Source of the DNA: Octopus sinensis | Taxonomy: Eukaryota | Reading direction: 5' to 3' | DNA: 64,000 nucleotides | Assembly: GCF_006345805.1 (NCBI RefSeq) | Contig: NC_043005.1 | Location: forward strand, 69,192,001 to 69,256,000 | Shown here: positions 40,571-53,223 of the stretch, piece after piece | How positions within the stretch are numbered: position 1 is the first letter of the stretch | How the letters are laid out: the number at the start of each line of letters is the position of its first letter | Translations under genes and position numbers: made by a program | The notes under the pieces: generated by a model | What the model was told of the DNA's origin: nothing | Database searches by the model: none | What the model saw: only the letters and a program-made list of their open reading frames with translations

Positions 40571-41241
40571 TATCACCTCTGGTAAAAGAACTGCAAAAGC
40601 AAGATAACCTGGCCAATACACTAACAAACTGTCGGTATGATAATCGGCAATGATTCTTTGAACCAAACAAACAGTTAAACTTCATTGGAAAACGATTCTG
40701 CCAAGAATTCGGTAAAAATTACGATTATTATTATCATGACAAAATTTATTTTTACTTCCATGTTATTTTGGTTTTAATACCCTCCAAATCCTGATGTTTA
40801 AGTAGATAAAAATCATACTGATGATGAGATGACATTGATTCAAATGACGTGGATATCTCATTAAGAACTGTCATTTCTGTTGTCAAAATATACCACAGGG
40901 GATACTGTTTTAGGAAACTTGTTTACAACACAAATGTTGTAGCCTTATGAGAAAATGATTCATTGTATTCTTTAAAGAAAGATGTCATTTTATCTGGAAG
41001 ATTAAGACTGTTTTGTTTCCCTGTTTCGACATAAAATTTTAATCGAAACTTACAAGAGAAACATAAAAAATTCGAATGGTAAACAAAGCCATTATATACT
41101 TCGAAAACAATAGGATTGAATATTTCGGAGTGCTAATGAGATGAAAACTTGGAAAGAGGTCGACATGATAGATGAACCAAATCTTTCGATCCATATCCGA
41201 CTACACGCATAGCAAATGCAGGAATGTAGGTCTATATATAT

Positions 41242-41518
41242 CACCGTGATCACCGTGACTGACCAGGCTATCAGATGTTGCTACACATCGCTGGTCACAA
41301 TGCGCTTCGCATTGTTTTAGCCTTCAAACGACGCGACCCTGCTGGCTAAGCTAGCAGGCCAACAGAAGAAAGAGTGACAGAAAGTTGTGGCGAAAGAGTA
41401 CGGCAAGGGATCGCCCCCCCCCCCTGCCGGAGTCTCGTGGAGCTTTAGGCGCTTTCGCTCAATAAACACTCTGGGAATCGAAACCACTGCCCTAACCACT
41501 GGGTCATTGCGACTCCAC
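41242..41518 (-). mobile_element. SINE family D (tRNA-derived)
   Basis: Head gtggagtcgcaatgacccagtggttagggcag...ggtttcgattcccag; the 3' body is shared with 50603-50862. Confidence 0.85.
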
Positions 41519-41557
<39 letters not shown>

Positions 41558-42059
41558 TATATTAAAGACCATGCATATATGTTCAAACTTAGGTGCGAGG
41601 GCGTGAATTATTTTTGAGAGTATTTGAGAGTATAAACTGCTATTTATCTACTAACTACAATTAGTAATTGATAAGCTGGTATTCATGTTATTATTACTAA
41701 GATTTCCTCCATTGTTAACTTTAATATGACTTTCGTTACAAGCAAAGTGAATGGGCATATACTATCTAAATTTTCATTGCTGTAATGAATGTAACTAATA
41801 GGATTGTTATTAGTATCACTGCCATCATTATTATAGCCCCCTACATAGTCCCTGTTATCCTATTTAATATTATTATCGTCATTGTGAGCAACCGCAGAAT
41901 CACTAAAACCGAAATTGTCAGAAACAATGTCAACAACATTACGGTGATAAAGATTCTTACTTACATAGCTATTTCGCAACAGCATGCTCATTTAAGTAAG
42001 TGGGCATTTTGCCTTGACGCTAGGCGATAATATGTCTTCTAAAATTTCAAGTAATTTTC

Positions 42060-42530
42060 TGAGCACTGCATTGATATATTTCTAGATCTATCTTCTACAC
42101 AGGTTCTGCAGATTTGTCCAGTTCAGAAGTGGATCAGAGTATCTCAGTACTGCTATATCTCATATATCTATGGCTTGAAAGTTGTTCCCTCCATCTCACT
42201 TTGTTTCGGGCACCTTTCTAATTTTCATCTTGTACTCTTTAGTGACTTACCCTTCTCCTTTCTCTTTCAGTTATCTTATCGACTCGCAGCACACGTAGGT
42301 ATTTGTATTTCTCATTATTCCGAAGTCATCTAATAATGTCTTCTTGTGGCAATATTAAACCATTAGACTTTATCTTCTAGCTTAAACATCTCTTCATCAT
42401 TAGTACTGCGCACTTATCTACGACAAACTGCATTCAGGTGTATTTACTGAATATTCTAACTGTTTGGATAAAAGAAACCAAATGCTTCATGTTTTTGCAT
42501 ATATTTTAAGGTCAACCATACAATATGGGT
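42060..42530 (-). mobile_element. Old R4/Dong-type RT fragment
   Basis: HILYG (eroded YMDD region), QTVRIFS, MQFVVDKCAVLMMKR, EKYKYL. Confidence 0.8.
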
Positions 42531-42994
42531 GATATAACTTTCAACTTGGATTTCGCAATCTCATAATCAAGCCTGCATTTTCTCACCATACTTATAAGAG
42601 GGGCAAGCGCTGCACCGAAGTGTAACGGAGAGAGCGAAACACCATAGAACATGTCCCAACGTATTTTCCCGTTACCTATCGATTTATTTGCACACGTCAG
42701 TTCTACTTCTCACACTCTCCTTGCTTTTCACCCAAAAGATGTTTATTTTCTCATTGATTCCGAGCTTCCCCTCATATTTAAAGAGCAAGCTGTGTTGGAC
42801 ATGGAAATACCAACAGCCGGACGTGCTTGAGATGCAAGCAAGGAATCGAAACCGTTCCTAATGCAATCTTTCAGTGCCTGTACGTTACAAACTAGCGGGA
42901 TTTAGTAGTTGCTGAATCGGGTAAGAGGAATCCCGATATTCTTTAATGTTCTAATGTTTCCCTCACACACATACGCACACGCACACATACACAC

Positions 42995-43048
<54 letters not shown>

Positions 43049-45470
43049 GCTTGAGACAGAGAATGAGGGAGAGAGAGAGTGAGAGAATATAGCAGCAAGT
43101 GAAATGTTGACCCATCATCTGACGCCAGCAATGTCGAACATTTTGTGACGGCACTCTTATAATTTTCCCTCTTAAAGTAAATAAAATCAGTACTCTTCTG
43201 AAAGATTTGTGATTATTAAATTTAAGACTCAACTACTTTTATAAATGAATTTACGAAGCTCACAAGCACACATATAAAAACATACACAACCGTATAGATT
43301 ATACAAGCATTTACGCAATATGATTTTCAGCTATCGAGACTTTCAGTTCCATTGCGTGTTCATTTCATCGCGTAGTCTCTGCTACATAGTAAAGTTCCTG
43401 CTTTATTAGATGTAATGATTTATTAGGTAAATTTGCTATTCTCAAATAACTTTCTCAGGATGTCACGTTCTTCATGATTATCTTTTTGTGTAATTATTCT
43501 TCATTTCTCCTTTAATACGGCATTTATTTATTTATGTTGATAGATTTGTTCTTCAAATGACACGCTTCTTTAATTACGCTTCGATTATTGCAATTCACAT
43601 GTTATCTCTTAGCGATAACCCCGAGTTTGTAGAATATTTCTTTTCCTCTTATGTAAACCCTTCTACTATGTCTAATACATACTTTTTCTAATTTTGATTC
43701 TCTTTATCTACGTATATTTTATTCCTTGATTCGTCGAGGGCGAAAAATATATATTTCTATTTGCTTTTCTGTGTTTGTCTCTAATTTTTGTTAACTTCGT
43801 TTCTTCGTGCTTCAGTGTTTTTCTGACGCCCAATTCGAAATTTCTGAACATTTCTTTTTTTTTCTTCCAGTATCCTCTCACTTCTTAGACCGTTTCGAAT
43901 TTTGTGACATAATTTTACATATACATTAGCCATTTATCAAATTTTCTTTATAGCTACCTGATCTGTCTATTAGGCATTCATTCTTCCTTTTAGTTTATCA
44001 TTAATCAATTATAAAATTTCCTTCCCGAGATTTCCCTACTCTTCGTTTTTCCTTTCGTCTTATTTCTATGGATCTTCTCTTCGAAATTTCCTCTTTCATT
44101 ATTTACTGTTTGTCCCTTTGTTTTTATTTTTACAAACTTCAATCATGTTTCTTCTCTTAGTGTCTCTGCAATTTTGTATCTCTGGTTTTCCCTATTCTCA
44201 CACTCCTTATAGTAAATGACTTCTCTTTTTATTTCTAAAGTAACGAACGAAAATGCGGACCCAACGGGACGTACTTTCATATCGTATAGAAACAAAGGAA
44301 ATACTTTAAGACATTTAAACCATCGGTGAAATACTTTTTCTGAAGTCGCTACCGATCAGTACTTTAATATCGATTACGTTACATTAAACAAAAACTTAAA
44401 TACAGTAGTAGATCTATGTGTACTATTGGATTAAAGACAGCGCATTACGGGAGTCTATGTTAGTAACATCAGAGTGAAGAATATAAATTAAACGAGGTGA
44501 TTATATGTAAGAAAATACAATTACATGTTGCGATTCGTTTATTTAAATACACTACACTTTGTGGCTTACCTCACAATTTCTAAATGAACTCTTTTATTTA
44601 TTAAGTTTATAAAAGATTGATAAAATCATTCTACATTATGTTTGCAGAAGCAACAATAAACGTTGCTTCTTATGTCTTAAGGAATAGTTATGATGAATGT
44701 GATACATTTTACGCATTAGCTTTAAGTCGTAATTTAGTGCATAGAAGCAAGGTATCCAAACATATTCCTTATCGATAGTGAATGTTGTGAAAACATTTGC
44801 TGCTCAATCTTTTATATTCTGGAGGAAAAATAAATAGGTGTGATAGAAGTATATTTGCGAGATAATTGGATATATGTATTTTGAATAATATTCTTACTCA
44901 AGATACTAAATTATATGTGTCAAGTTTGCTAATTACTTCAACGTCGACACAGATAAAGCAACCGCCACAAAATCTAATTCATTCTTAATCCACTTATGAT
45001 ATTTTCATCCATTGCCCCTCAAGATTAGCTCTCATTTTTAGAAGATTGCAAGTTCTCATGCAAGAAATCTGCTTTTTTTTTATTTTCGGTAAGATGCGTA
45101 ATAAAGTAGTTTTATTCCAGTTGATATAAAGGATTTTTCGTTGAAATGATTTAGTGATAATTGTCTCGTAAATATATGGTGTAGTTTGAGACGGTAATAT
45201 CAGACATGAGTGTAAGCCATTCTATTGAAAATTCAAATAGTGCTGGAGAAGAATTCACTGTTTTTTCAGTAATTCTAGAATTGTAAAAAAAAAAGAAACA
45301 ATAGAAACAACAGACATTTCTTTGTTAATATGTTCCCACTTGTTTTTTTCCCCATTGGTTTATTATTTGACGTTCTTATATTTTTATTTAGCATTTTAAC
45401 CTGGTAAATTATTTGATTGTTACATATAATAGCCTCAACTATTCTATTACTTTTCTATTGTAAAGATTAT

Positions 45471-45532
45471 GATTGATTGATTGATTGATTCTAGTTTCAG
45501 CTCATGAGCTGCGGCCATGCTGGGGCACCGCC
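45471..45532 (-). mobile_element. 5'-truncated retroposon 3' tail with (AATC)n
   Basis: Reverse complement ggcggtgccccagcatggccgcagctcatgagctgaaactagaatcaatcaatc. Related stubs occur at ~26013-26052 (+) and ~6888-6915 (-). Confidence 0.75.
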
Positions 45533-46382
45533 ATTAATGAATGTATATCTTCCGAAGCGATTCTCACTGCGCAAATTAAATAAAAACATAATTTTTTTTT
45601 CAGTACACACTGACATCTTAAAAGTTTAAAAACTAAATAATGTAGTCACTACGCATTGAAAAACTGACTGAACATTAAGAGATAATTGTGAGATAATTGG
45701 AAATATATGGTTCTAATATAATGTTTGATTTATAAGCGCTGAGATGAAATATAAATATTTTCGATTAGAAGTGGATGCAAATGCAAACATTTCTGTCATT
45801 TCATTTGTATTATCTAGCATCTTCAGAAATTGTGATTTGGTGAGTCCCGTGCTTTAATGCGAAAAGATTGGAGATAATCTGATATAGAATTTATTCCAGC
45901 TTCTTAAATATCAGAGCGTCTAAATATCTGAATACTTGTTTTAAGGTTACTTAAAAATGGAGTATGAATTGACCATTAGATCAGTCTTTAACAATTCGAA
46001 TAATGCTGGTGTAACTTTTTCGTATTTTAACCAGTCTTATGTAAATATTCATAGCATTTATCGTGTAATTATGATGCAAGCACAGTATAAAAAAGGATAT
46101 TTGCGTTCCACTCACACCGTTCGGAAATACTATTTATAACCCTATTTTATGTAAAAATAGTTTGTTTTATTTTTAGTAAAATGAAGTGCTTTGAAGATCC
46201 TGTTTATCGAAATTCACAAACTGTCGTACTCAATGTTACGCTGGTTTTCACAGCTCTAACATTGCACAAAAGCTGTCTTTTCATAAGCAACGCACTGTCA
46301 ATTGTACTGTAATCAACCAAGAGAAATAAGAATGCGTCGAAACTGCCTTGGACATATTTAGTAATAGTGGTTTCAAATTTTG

Positions 46383-46548
46383 GATCAAGGCCAACGATTT
46401 AGGAGGAGGGCGTAAGTCGATCACATCGACATACCCCTGTTGTTCAGTTAGTACTTCTTTTCTAGAACTTGAAATGACGAAAGGCAAAGCTGATTTCGGC
46501 GAAATTTAAACCCATAACGTAAAGACGAAATAAATGCTGCTATGCATC
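46383..46548 (-). mobile_element. SINE family B, degenerate
   Basis: gaaaggcaaagctgatttcggcgaaatttaaacccataacgtaaagacg matches the reverse-complement body. Confidence 0.7.
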
Positions 46549-47717
46549 TTTCTCATACGTGCTTACGTTTTTCCCAGTTCGTCGCCTTCATATTTACTAT
46601 TATTGATAACATTTTAGTAGTCACTAAAAGTGTGAAATAAATAAAAAGCTATTGCGTTTGCTTGCTTTATAGAGATTGCAGCTATGACTTAGTGAAATTA
46701 ATATTGACCTCTGTAGTTTATGAATAGCACTAAGGGAAAACGTGTTGATAGAAAAACTGTGGTAACTTTCGTTTCGGTACCCTTTATGAGGTAATATGGA
46801 GTGTTCTATTGATGAATTTCATTTGCTCTTCCAGAATCGTCTCTCAATGAACATTTACGGTAAAATCAATTTCGAAATAGGTAATGTCTTTCAAATGTTT
46901 AATTACGTGAGAACCAAGCATCCTGCGCCTTTCTAACGTGATTAAAATACACTGTTCATTTTTGGTTTGTATTATTTCGGTGAGTGAACAAAACAGTTAT
47001 AATTAGTAAAATAAATAAAATGATTTCACTGATGAAAATGCGGTATTTATATAATACAAGTCTTAGTTATATCCATGTTGCTGCGTTTCACTTATTATTG
47101 CACTATCGGAAATTGCTTGCTAGCACAAAGTTTTGAGCCAATATATAAAGGTTCTGTTGAAGACGACATTATTTTATGTAAATAATACTTTGAATTCTAA
47201 ACTTACATTCAGAAATATTAACCAGTGCGTGGTTATAAAGAAATACTTAGGTTCTATGTTTAAAGCGAATGAATGTACATAGAGATGAACTAGTTAGTTT
47301 ATATCCATGTATGTTTTAAACATTAGTAAAATAAATGTTTCAAACATTAGAGGGGGATAATGGTTAAGCCGCTGGTGTTTCCCTTTATTTCAACGAATAA
47401 TAAACTTGACATACCTATTTCCTGCATAAGTTAGCATTATTAGACATTGCGAACACCCACCATTAAAGTAAAAATTCTTATTCGATTATTATGTTTCAAT
47501 AATTACTGCCATATTAAAATCTCTACGTGCAGACGTTTAATGAAACTATTATTTCATTTCATAATTTCATATAAAACTATGAAATGTTTCATATGTAACG
47601 TTCATATTCACACATACACAAACATGTTTCAACGTTCATATTCTCACATACACACTCGCATACATAATAACGTATATGAGTGAAAATATATAAACATATA
47701 TTTAGACAGTACACTAG

Positions 47718-47973
47718 GTATTCCATGTATATATTGGCTATTATCGGTGATAATAGCGAAAACATAGCTACAACCTCTTCAAGGAAACGGTTCGGTGGAT
47801 GACATCCTGAACGTCTGCATCTCACTATAGGTCTTAATGGAACACCATCATTGTGAATCTTGGGAACACCATACATGTGTGGTAGTTTACTCTAGTGATC
47901 AATCAGTTGTCTGTACTTCATTGGTGTAAAATTATCCTTGTTCTTGATCAAGATCTGTGACAACTTCCTCTCT
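47718..47973 (-). mobile_element. Penelope-like element, inverted upstream RT segment plus a displaced snippet
   Basis: SQILIKNKDNFTPMKYRQL...LPHMYGVPKIHNDGVPLRPIV...RFLEEVV fused to LSPIIANIYMEY. Confidence 0.9.
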
Positions 47974-47977
47974 CTTT

Positions 47978-49070
47978 TCAATCAGTCAATTAGCAGGAAA
48001 GTCAACATCGTACGTGAAGAATTCATGCACTTCACAGAAGTGATCAAAGATACCCCCATTGAATCCAACCAGATGGTGTGTCTAGATGTGATAAATCTGT
48101 TCAACAAAGTGTCAACTGGTGAAGCACTAGCGGTGATTCAAGAAAAACTAGTGACAGACATCCATCTAAAAGAACGCACTAGTATATCAATAAGAAAGTT
48201 GATGGAAATGTTGACCTTCTGTGTAGAAACTATCTACTTCAGTATGGACACTGATATATATCGACAAGAAAAGTGTTTCGCTATGGGTTTGTCATTATCA
48301 CCGATAATAGCTAATATATACATAGAATACTTTGAGAAATTGGCTTCAGGATCAACACCATTACAACTAACACTATGGCTGCGAAATGTTGATGACACCT
48401 TCATATTCTGGCTTCACCAGGAAGATATCCAGGTGCTGTTAGATCAAGTAAATTCAATAAAACCATCCATACAGTTCGCAATGGAAAAAGAAAAAAGACA
48501 ATCAGCTTGCATTCCTGGACGTATTGAAAACACGCACCATGTATAGATTCAGTACATCCGTATACCACAAGCGGACCTTCACTGGACGATATCTCAACTT
48601 CAAATCCCGCCATCCATACAGTATAAAGAAGGTGATTGGTCAGTGCCTAAAACATCAAGCAATGAATAAAATTAGTGATCGTGATGACGACTACGAAGAA
48701 ATAAAATAATCAAGCTCAGTAACAAACTATTAAGTAATAACTATCCTAAAAGTATACTCTCCACTCCAATTATGAACAAGAGAGAGGATGAAACCGATAA
48801 ACTGTCCACAGTCTATCTACCCTACGTGAAAGGCCTCTCCGAAAAGATGCAAAAGATATGGGGACCATATGACATCAAGACAGTATTCAAAAGTAATACA
48901 ACACTTCGCAAATATCTCCTTCGAGTGAAACCACCAAAAGAAGAGGATGTGACAAAGAATTGATTGTACTCAATCTCATGCAGCTGTGGTAAATTATACA
49001 GAGGCTAAACATACCGCCTCATCAAAATAGGGATAGAGGAACAGCGCAAATCTGTGACATGGGGAGATAT
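47978..49070 (+). mobile_element. Penelope-like element RT and GIY-YIG relic
   Basis: AGKSTSYVKNS, MVCLDVINLF, AMGLSLSPIIANIY, WLRNVDDTF, TGRYLNFKSRHP, VYLPYVKGLSE, YSISCSCGKLYRG. Confidence 0.92.
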
Positions 49071-49472
49071 TTCGTTGTCTGTCGATTAATGAGAACTAAA
49101 ACTAAAAACATCATGATTAGGAAGATATAAAATAATGCATCAAGATTTACGAGAAATTTTTCATACGATCAACCAAGCAATTTAACATTTTAAATGGAGC
49201 AATATTTTAATTTGATCTCTCAGTAATTTTTCTTTATAAGGACGCGCTTACACTCACAATTATGTCTTAAGTATATAGTGTTGGTGTTTGTGCACGTATG
49301 AGTGTGTACATAGTATTACATACACATTGACACATACACTACATCCATACATATACACAGGCATGTGTGTATGAATACATAGCCACTCATATATATATGA
49401 AGGCGCATATATACATACATACACACTAACGTATACACCATATATGTATAAATGTATAAATATATATATATG

Positions 49473-49525
<53 letters not shown>

Positions 49526-49990
49526 CACACACACACACATATATATATATATACAGGTACATAAGAATATACAAACATTGCCATACATATGCGATTATAT
49601 ATACATGCGCGTGTTTCGCTATGTGTGCATGCATTGTCTATAATTCGACGTTTTCAATTATCTAGCCGTTGACATTCTCTCATTCAGCCTAGGGAAGTAC
49701 ATCATTATCTCTTCACATTTTACACTTACAGACTTTTTATACTTCCTCTCTCACTCCATCACTGTTCTGGGACTCGCTCTCTTTCTTTCTATGGATGCAT
49801 GCATTTGTATGTTTGTATATTGGCAGTTAGCTACCTAGCGTACATTAGATTGCACTTCATTAATAACGCTCATCTATGAATACACGGTAAAGAACTGAGA
49901 TATTGTGAATATAATTCATCAATTACATATTGATTTTCCTTATATCTCGCACTATTTTCTCGATATATATATTCCTTCTCCAGCCCTCAG

Positions 49991-50077
49991 AATACGAATA
50001 CGCAGAATACGCTATGATCATGCAAAGCAAAAATTACACTGACTCCTCCACATACACTGTCGTGATAAAATCTATAA
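49991..50077 (+). other. Candidate 87-nt phase 1-1 exon (YEYAEYAMIMQSKNYTDSSTYTVVIKSI)
   Basis: Pyrimidine-rich acceptor attccttctccagccctcag and donor A|GTGAGG; no homology recognised. Confidence 0.25.
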
Positions 50078-50602
50078 GTGAGGTGGAGCCAACGAAATGC
50101 ACTAGAGATTCTGATACAAAGAAATTATGTCTTGTAATACTAAAATTCGCATTAGGAGTAAATATCTTACTGAATTAACCAAAGCCAGCTTTTGAAGTCA
50201 TTTTAGTTGTGATCATCCTCTTCAGATAAACTATCGGAATTCATAAACAGATATTTTTGGCTAAATGTCAACCTGTAAATTGCTAGTTATACTTTCGTGG
50301 TATGGTATGAGGTAGGGGAAATATTATCGAAAATAATACAAATTTATATGTGCACAGATTTTATTGGCATGAAATCAAAATCGCAACTCAAAACCACACA
50401 TGTATTTAAATAGTAATGTTTCAGAATACTATTGAAAGCATGAGTTTTCAGGATTCTATTTTGATATTTTGAAGCAAGACGGTGAGGACTGCAGACATAC
50501 GATAAGAATATTTAATAAAGTACGTGATCTTCATCCTTAAAGTAAGTTTGTGGTATCAATAAATTAGGAGTTCCACACATCGACATCATGTATATGTATA
50601 TA

Positions 50603-50862
50603 ATCACATGATCTGGAGACAGACCAGACAATCAAATATTGTTGCATATCTCTGGTTACAATGCGGTTTGCATCATTTTTATCCTTCGTATGACGTCACT
50701 CCGCTAACTATGCGCTCAGGACTACATTTCACCTTGGTCGAAAGGAGGTCTAGAGCAACGTAAAGAGAAGCGTTTTGCTCAAAACAACAACGCGCCGTCC
50801 AGTCTGGGAATCGAACCCACGATCTAGATATCACTAGTGCAACAACCCAACATCATGGTCAC
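50603..50862 (-). mobile_element. SINE with family C-type head and family D-type 3' body, degenerate
   Basis: B-box gggttcgattcccag followed by ttttgagcaaaacgctt as at 26154; the 3' part aligns to 41242-41350. Confidence 0.75.
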
Positions 50863-51246
50863 ATACTTTCTAGAATATATGATACAACTAATAAAATATC
50901 GATCGTCTAATTTAATACAAATGGTGAATTAATATTTACCTGACAAATAATCGGTGTCACAAGTCGATATTCACCTGGTTTATGTCCGCATAGCATATAA
51001 GATCTTTGTGCTGTTCGTCACTGTTTACAAATATCTTTCGAATAAGAATTTAATATATTATATAGATATAAATTTTGTCGGTGAATCCGAATTTGTTATT
51101 TATATATTCTAGAAAAAATATTTGGGAAAAAATGTTACAGTTGTTCAAAGTTTGATAATTTTCAGAATATTCAGCCAATCAGAAAACAGCGTGTTCACTG
51201 CCTCTTCCATCATTAGGCCAGCTGTAAGTTCATCGGTATGTCAAAA

Positions 51247-51456
51247 CATTAAAATAGCTACAGTAAACGGAAAAACACGAAAACATTCGCGAACGTATTA
51301 AATATTTGAAAGCTACGAAAAAACCAACAGGAGTTGCTAAAAAAAGTCAAAGCATTAAAATATACACGAGCAAAATAAACAGTGAAAACTGAAAAAAAAA
51401 AGTTAGTGAGCAAATTAAATATTTAAAAGCTACGAGTAAACCAACAGGAGTTACTA
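51247..51456. repeat. Spaced direct repeats (43-nt unit, 117-nt period)
   Basis: attaaatattt(g/a)aaagctacga..aaaccaacaggagtt(g/a)cta at 51297 and 51414. Confidence 0.8.
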
Positions 51457-52164
51457 GAAATAACCTTCAAAACATTGTTTAAAACAGGCATTTATTAGTT
51501 AAAAAAATTCAAGAACGAAAGTTTGCAATACGCTCTACGATTTTATAAAATAAATAATCTTTCGCATATGTCCTTCACATAAATTCACAAAGATAAGCGT
51601 TAGACATGGAATGGTGTATCCCACACCGGCATATGTTTCCAAATTCTAAAGATGCCCAGGTACTCTCAACTTGTTGGTTATTCTATACTCAATGTCGTGA
51701 TTACACATGCGGGGCTTCTTTGATTAATATGGAGAGATTTATTCGCCACGGGGTGTAAAGTAATCGCTTCTTATTGGCTAAAATTACCCGAATTTTGCAA
51801 ATTTTACAGGCTAATCAATTTTTAATTCTGGATTGATAAGAAAAAATAATTTAATTTCCATAATTAGTATACGATGCAATCCATATACCAAATTTGAAAA
51901 CAATTGGAACGAAATTGTAAGTTGTGATGAAAACCACAAAGATCCAGCAAATAGTTTGATTGACTTAGAAATATGCTAGGTAAGCATGCAAATTCCAACA
52001 CTTCCTATACAATACAAGACACATACACTTATTGTTCCATGCCTTGTATTCCGCGAGCGGTACTTCGGAGTATCCTGAATGGAAGTAATACACTTTTATT
52101 TATCCAGTCAAAATGTTTAAGTCTGTGTATTTCTTGATAATTCAGATTTCATGTTTATGTATAA

Positions 52165-52208
<44 letters not shown>

Positions 52209-52349
52209 TTGTGTATGTGTGTGTATGTGTGTGTGCACGTGTGCGTGTATCAATGACTGTTTGTATATATTTGTATACACAGTGTGGAGTATAAATGGCT
52301 AAATTTATCGTCGTAATCATTTTGAATGCTAAGAGGAAGCATCCGAAGT

Positions 52350-52421
52350 CTGTTTTGTATACAGGGTTAAGTATAACCAACTGTCACGCAAGAAACCGGG
52401 GTCTGATCCCCTGTCGTCGAG
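52350..52421 (+). pseudogene. tRNA-Asp(GTC)-derived pseudogene
   Basis: Colinear with eukaryotic tRNA-Asp. The anticodon loop CTGTCAC and T-arm ccggggtctgatcccctg are retained, but the acceptor and anticodon stems no longer pair. Confidence 0.65.
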
Positions 52422-52444
52422 GCACTTGTATTTTTCTTAAACGC

Positions 52445-52610
52445 AGATGGAGCTCGGTGGTAAGGTGTTCGCTTCCGAACAACATGGGTTCGGGTTCAGT
52501 CACATTTTATTGCAACTTACGAAAGCATTTTCTACTGCAGGATCCGGCCTATCAGAGCATTGTGAGTCGATTTCGCACAGACAGAAATTAAACGACACAC
52601 ACCGTATATA

Positions 52611-52687
<77 letters not shown>

Positions 52688-52698
52688 CGACATACACC

Positions 52699-52744
<46 letters not shown>

Positions 52745-52990
52745 ACCTACACACATAGCTATATCTGTATATATTTTCATGTGTGTATGTTTTTGTGCCA
52801 TTTTCTTTGTCCTCTACACTGCTTTATAACCTGTGTTAGTGAGTTTGCAATTTAGCAGTTCGGCAAACGGGAATGAAAAAATTTTTCAAGTTTTAAGGAA
52901 ATAAGTACTGGCGTCGATTCGTTGGACTAAAGATCCTCCACGGCCGTGCCCTACAATGGTTGCACTCCTATGCCTGAAACAATTATAAGA
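52445..52990 (+). mobile_element. SINE family A, old copy with expanded internal (TA)n
   Basis: Eroded head gctcggtggtaagg...gggttcagtc and tail gcagttcggcaaa...ataagtactggcgtcgatt...gcctgaaac. Confidence 0.7.
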
Positions 52991-53100
52991 TTAAATCTTG
53001 TGTTTTGTGCGTGTGTGTATATATGTCTGTAATCCTCTAAAATATAGGGGTAAAGCATGGAAATTTGGATAAAGGGCAGTCTTGAAATCGTACATTAATT

Positions 53101-53223
53101 TCACCCCGCAATGAAGGAAGGCAACGTCCACCTCAGTGGAATTTGAAATCCCATATATAAAGACGAACAAAATGCTGCTAAGCACTTTGCTTGCCTTGTT
53201 AACAATCGTACTAGCTTGCCACT
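53101..53223 (-). mobile_element. SINE family B, degenerate
   Basis: gaaggcaacgtccacctcagtggaatttgaa...ctagcttgccact. Confidence 0.65.

Noticed and set aside
40570-40700. Possible RTE C-terminal fragment (ITSGKRTAKAR) after the (TAA)n
   Set aside because: Similarity is too short and weak to support.
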